Translations under genes and position numbers: made by a program
Virus genome (UHGV): UHGV-0085232
DNA length: 36,388 nt
Reading direction: 5' to 3' (one strand)
From: a virus
Shown: positions 35,374-36,388 of the stretch, piece after piece
How positions within the stretch are numbered: the stretch's first letter is position 1
Layout of the letters: each line of letters starts with the position of its first letter
Notes under the pieces: generated by a model
The model's database searches: none
The model's input: the letters and a program-made list of their open reading frames with translations, nothing else
Told to the model about the DNA's origin: nothing

Positions 35374-36388
35374 ATGAAATTAACAAAACGAAAGGACGGT
35401 AGATACTGCACGTCAAGAACAATTAACGGCGAAAGGGTGTTTTTTTACAGTTCCGAACAAACCGAAAAAAAGGCGGAGAAAGACATCGAAAATCAAATGC
35501 TTGCGTATACCGAAAAAAAAGAGGAAGGGAAATCTTTTAGGACAATCGCCGAAAATTGGGATAGCGAATACAGAAAACGCATTTCCGATATAAACTACCG
35601 CAAAAACACAAAAGCGGCTTATAAGCGCATTTTAGACTATTTTTCACCATACGGCGCTATAGATACAATTACATTGGTCGACATCAATCTGTTTTTAAGC
35701 CGTTTAATATCGCAGGGGTTTTACAAAAAAACGATAGCATGCCACAAATCTGTACTTGGTATGATTTTCCAATTTGCTGTTTTGCATGGGTTTTTACATA
35801 GCAATCCTATGTCGGATATTCGCTTGCCAAACAATCTTCCACGTTCCGAGCGGCAAATGCCGACAACGGACGATATAAGGGTTATAGATAGCCATTACGA
35901 GGGGTTTGATTTACTTCCTTATTTTTTGCTTTATACGGGATTGCGAAAATCCGAAGCGTTGGCATTATCTTATAAAGATATTGATTTTAAACGCAAAATA
36001 ATAACGGTAAATAAGCACCTTATCCACGATGGCAACAAGCCGATTATCGAGGACCGGACAAAAACTGTAAACAGCCGCCGAACCGTTGTGCTGTTGGATA
36101 GGTTGGCGGATAAACTGCCGCATAATAGGATTGGTTTGGTTTTTTGCAATGATGACGGCAGTCCTTTTACAAGCAAACAGTATGATTCCCAATGGTCAAA
36201 TTATCAAAAAAAATACGGTGTAAATATCACCGCACATCAATTGCGGCACGCATACGCTACAATGCTTTTTGAAGCAGGTGTGGATTTAAAAGATGCGCAA
36301 GACCTTATGGGGCACTCGGATATTAACCTTACACGGCAAATATATACGCATATTCGAGATGAGCGCAAATTAGAAACAACAAACAAAC
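35374..36388 (+). CDS. int: Tyrosine integrase (completed by bases 1-20)
   Basis: MKLTKRKDGRY arm-binding-type start; TGLRKSE, HQLRH, LMGH and IYTH catalytic motifs; SD AAGGAG. Confidence 0.95.
   Translation, partial: MKLTKRKDGRYCTSRTINGERVFFYSSEQTEKKAEKDIENQMLAYTEKKEEGKSFRTIAENWDSEYRKRISDINYRKNTKAAYKRILDYFSPYGAIDTITLVDINLFLSRLISQGFYKKTIACHKSVLGMIFQFAVLHGFLHSNPMSDIRLPNNLPRSERQMPTTDDIRVIDSHYEGFDLLPYFLLYTGLRKSEALALSYKDIDFKRKIITVNKHLIHDGNKPIIEDRTKTVNSRRTVVLLDRLADKLPHNRIGLVFCNDDGSPFTSKQYDSQWSNYQKKYGVNITAHQLRHAYATMLFEAGVDLKDAQDLMGHSDINLTRQIYTHIRDERKLETTNK

Noticed and set aside
35965..36192. Minus-strand ORFs of 75 and 68 aa as possible repressors
   Set aside because: Antisense to the integrase catalytic domain, with no HTH pattern.

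Overview
The window is most likely a complete, circularly permuted 36,388-bp temperate siphophage of a low-GC Gram-positive (Clostridia-like) host, in its excised form. The integrase ORF runs off the right end and finishes in frame at 1-20. It is followed by an intact attP: a tRNA 3'-end core (Thr-like) with arm-type repeats on both sides. All other convincing genes are on the minus strand, in this order: early/recombination/replication genes, late regulator, terminase, portal, a MuF minor capsid protein fused to an Ntox50 toxin with downstream cassettes, an orphan N6-methyltransferase, head, tail and lysis genes. Main points of interest: (1) no CI/Cro repressor is recognisable, yet a 16-19-bp element is shared between the early promoter, the int leader and the attP arm, and an antisense sRNA carries an anti-Shine-Dalgarno seed; (2) an unannotated type I toxin-antitoxin moron lies in the tail operon; (3) the MuF toxin gene has a consensus promoter in its linker and an orphan toxin/immunity cassette behind it; (4) an 8-codon PP-stop leader peptide overlaps a terminator ahead of the capsid genes; (5) the major capsid protein has a ~100-aa insertion. 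Family names come from motif recognition and gene order, not database searches.
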